A stretch of DNA of 29,931 nt from Methanobacterium sp. (GTDB lineage Archaea > Methanobacteriota > Methanobacteria > Methanobacteriales > Methanobacteriaceae). This document shows positions 28,195 through 29,931 of this stretch, in pieces; position 1 is the first letter of the stretch, and each line of letters opens with the position of its first letter. The stretch lies in assembly GCA_003166335.1 (NCBI GenBank), contig PMWA01000072.1, positions 1 through 29,931 of the forward strand. The letters run 5' to 3'. The notes below the pieces were generated by a model. It was not told the origin of the DNA, did no database searches, and saw only the letters and a program-made list of their open reading frames with translations. The position numbers and the translations under genes are program-made.

Positions 28195-29931
28195 ATGAAA
28201 AATAATCCAGTGAAATCTGATATTGATTTAAATCAAAATACCGAAACCATCAACAGGCAATTGGAAGCTGATTTGGATGCAATGAAGAGATTACATAATC
28301 TAAGTACACTATTCATTCATAAAGGCAACTGGAACCAGGTACTTATGGAAATTGTTGACACTGCGGTCGCGATTTGTGATTCTGATTTTGGGAACATTCA
28401 ACTCTTAGATTCTAAGACGTCTCAACTCAATATCGTGGCTCAGCACGGATTCCCTAAATGGTGGCTAGACTTCTGGAATGAAGTTCAGGAAGGAGAAGGT
28501 GTGTGGTACAGCATTAGAGAGAGGAGAGCGCATAGTCGTTGAAGATGTTGAGCAAAGCCCTATTTTTATAGGCACCCCTGCTCTCGACATCCAACTCAAA
28601 GCTGGTGTACATGCAGTTCAATCAACACCTATTGTGAGCCGGTCGGGAAAGCCGCTGGGCATGTTTTCAACACACTTTAAAAAACCGCATCGACCGGATG
28701 AGCGCGAACTTCACTTATTGGATTTACTCTCACACCAAGTGGCGGACATCATCGAACGGGAACAATATGAAGAAAATATCAAGAAGTTAGCGGATGTTGT
28801 GGATTCTTCAAATGATGCTATTATAACCAAATCCCTGGAAGGAATTATAACTAGTTGGAATAAAGGAGCAGAACAAATTTATGGTTATAATGCTGAAGAA
28901 GTTCTAGGACAAAATATTTCAATATTGGCACCACACACCCTTAAAGAAGAAATATCACAGTTAATTGAAAAAATTAAACAAGAAAAACAAATACATCATT
29001 ATGAGACTTTAAGGGTAAAAAAGAACGGTAAATTGATAAATGTTTCTATAACACTTTCCCCTGTTTTAGACTCTTCAGGAAAATTAGAAGCTGTATCAAC
29101 TATTGCCAGAGACATCACTGAAACTAAAAAAGCTGAAGAACGTAAACAGAAGATGATGGAGAAGGAACAACAACTTACAGAGGAACTTCAATCCTCAAAT
29201 GAAGAATTACAGGCTACTACTGAAGAACTTAAAACAATGAATGAAGAGCTTCATTTGCAGATGGATTTTGAAGTGGAAGCCAAGAGAGAGTTGGAAGAGA
29301 TTGCTAGTAAATTGAAGGTTTCTAATAAGGAATTGGAGCAGTTTGCTTATGTGGCTTCTCATGATTTACAGGAGCCTTTACGGATGGTGACCAGTTTCAC
29401 TCAATTGTTGGAGCGTCGTTATAAAGGCCAACTGGATGAGGATGCTGATGAGTATATGGGATTCATTATTGAAGGTAGTAAGCGTATGAAATATTTAATA
29501 GATGATTTATTAGAGTTTTCACGACTTAACACTCAAGCTCGTGAATTTGAATCAGTTTTATTAGAAATCACTTTAGAAGATGTCTTAAGAAATTTAAAAG
29601 CATCTATAAAAGAGAATAACGCTCAAATTACCTACGACCCATTACCAAACATAATGGGTGATCAATCTCAAATTAATCAGTTGTTACAAAATTTAATAGC
29701 AAATGCTATTAAATTCCACGGTGATGAACCACCCGAAATCCATATATCCACCCAGCAAGTCGGGAATGAATGGATATTCGCCATAAGTGATAAAGGTATA
29801 GGTATTGAACCTGAACATCAGGAGCAGATTTTTGGAATATTTAAAAGACTACACACCCGTGAAGAATACGAGGGAACAGGTATCGGTTTATCAATCTGCA
29901 AAAGAATCGTAGAAAGACACAATGGAAAAAT
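28195..29931 (+). pseudogene. GAF-PAS-HisKA-HATPase sensor histidine kinase, frameshifted near 28500 (runs off the right edge)
   Basis: GAF N-half in the track ORF. A second frame from ~28502 reads CGTALERRERIVVEDV...QSTPIVSRSG..LGMFSTH, PAS (SSNDAII..ITSWNKGAEQIYGY), FAYVASHDLQEPLR, QNLIANAIKF, DKGIGI, GTGIGLSICKRIVERH. Confidence 0.88.

Noticed and set aside
1..29931. CRISPR array, tRNA, rRNA, intact IS or integrase
   Set aside because: No regularly spaced repeats, cloverleaf or GC-rich structural RNA, or full-length recombinase seen.

Overview
AT-rich archaeal chromosomal segment, most likely from Methanobacterium (Methanobacteriales), judged from the MCM, HMf-type histone, L39e/L31e/LX/S19e cluster and DUF2124. 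The first ~23.5 kb is mostly housekeeping: partial mcm, rlmE, a metallophosphoesterase, topA, aglB, a DRG GTPase, an AK6-type adenylate kinase, the rnp4-yhbY-rps19e-PDCD5-PP-loop-rpl39e-rpl31e-eif6-rpl18a-pfdA-ftsY cluster, a methyltransferase, a GT-C glycosyltransferase, a trypsin-like protease, a PRTase, dUTPase, an AHAS-like enzyme, DUF2124 and a siroheme reductase. The last ~6.5 kb is accessory. It holds an orphan ORF and a divergent histone variant, then a ~950 bp patch bounded by two identical TTTACACTTGAAAT repeats (mini-ORB-like) that contains a DDE transposase remnant, an unannotated 52-aa Cys/His protein and a decayed, possibly viral gene. An alpha/beta hydrolase, an Ig-domain metallophosphoesterase and a GAF-PAS histidine kinase frameshifted at a GT repeat follow. 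No rRNA, tRNA or CRISPR array was seen. No complete novel system is demonstrable; the histone-variant/mini-ORB patch is the best candidate. All assignments come from motif recognition by eye, without database searches.
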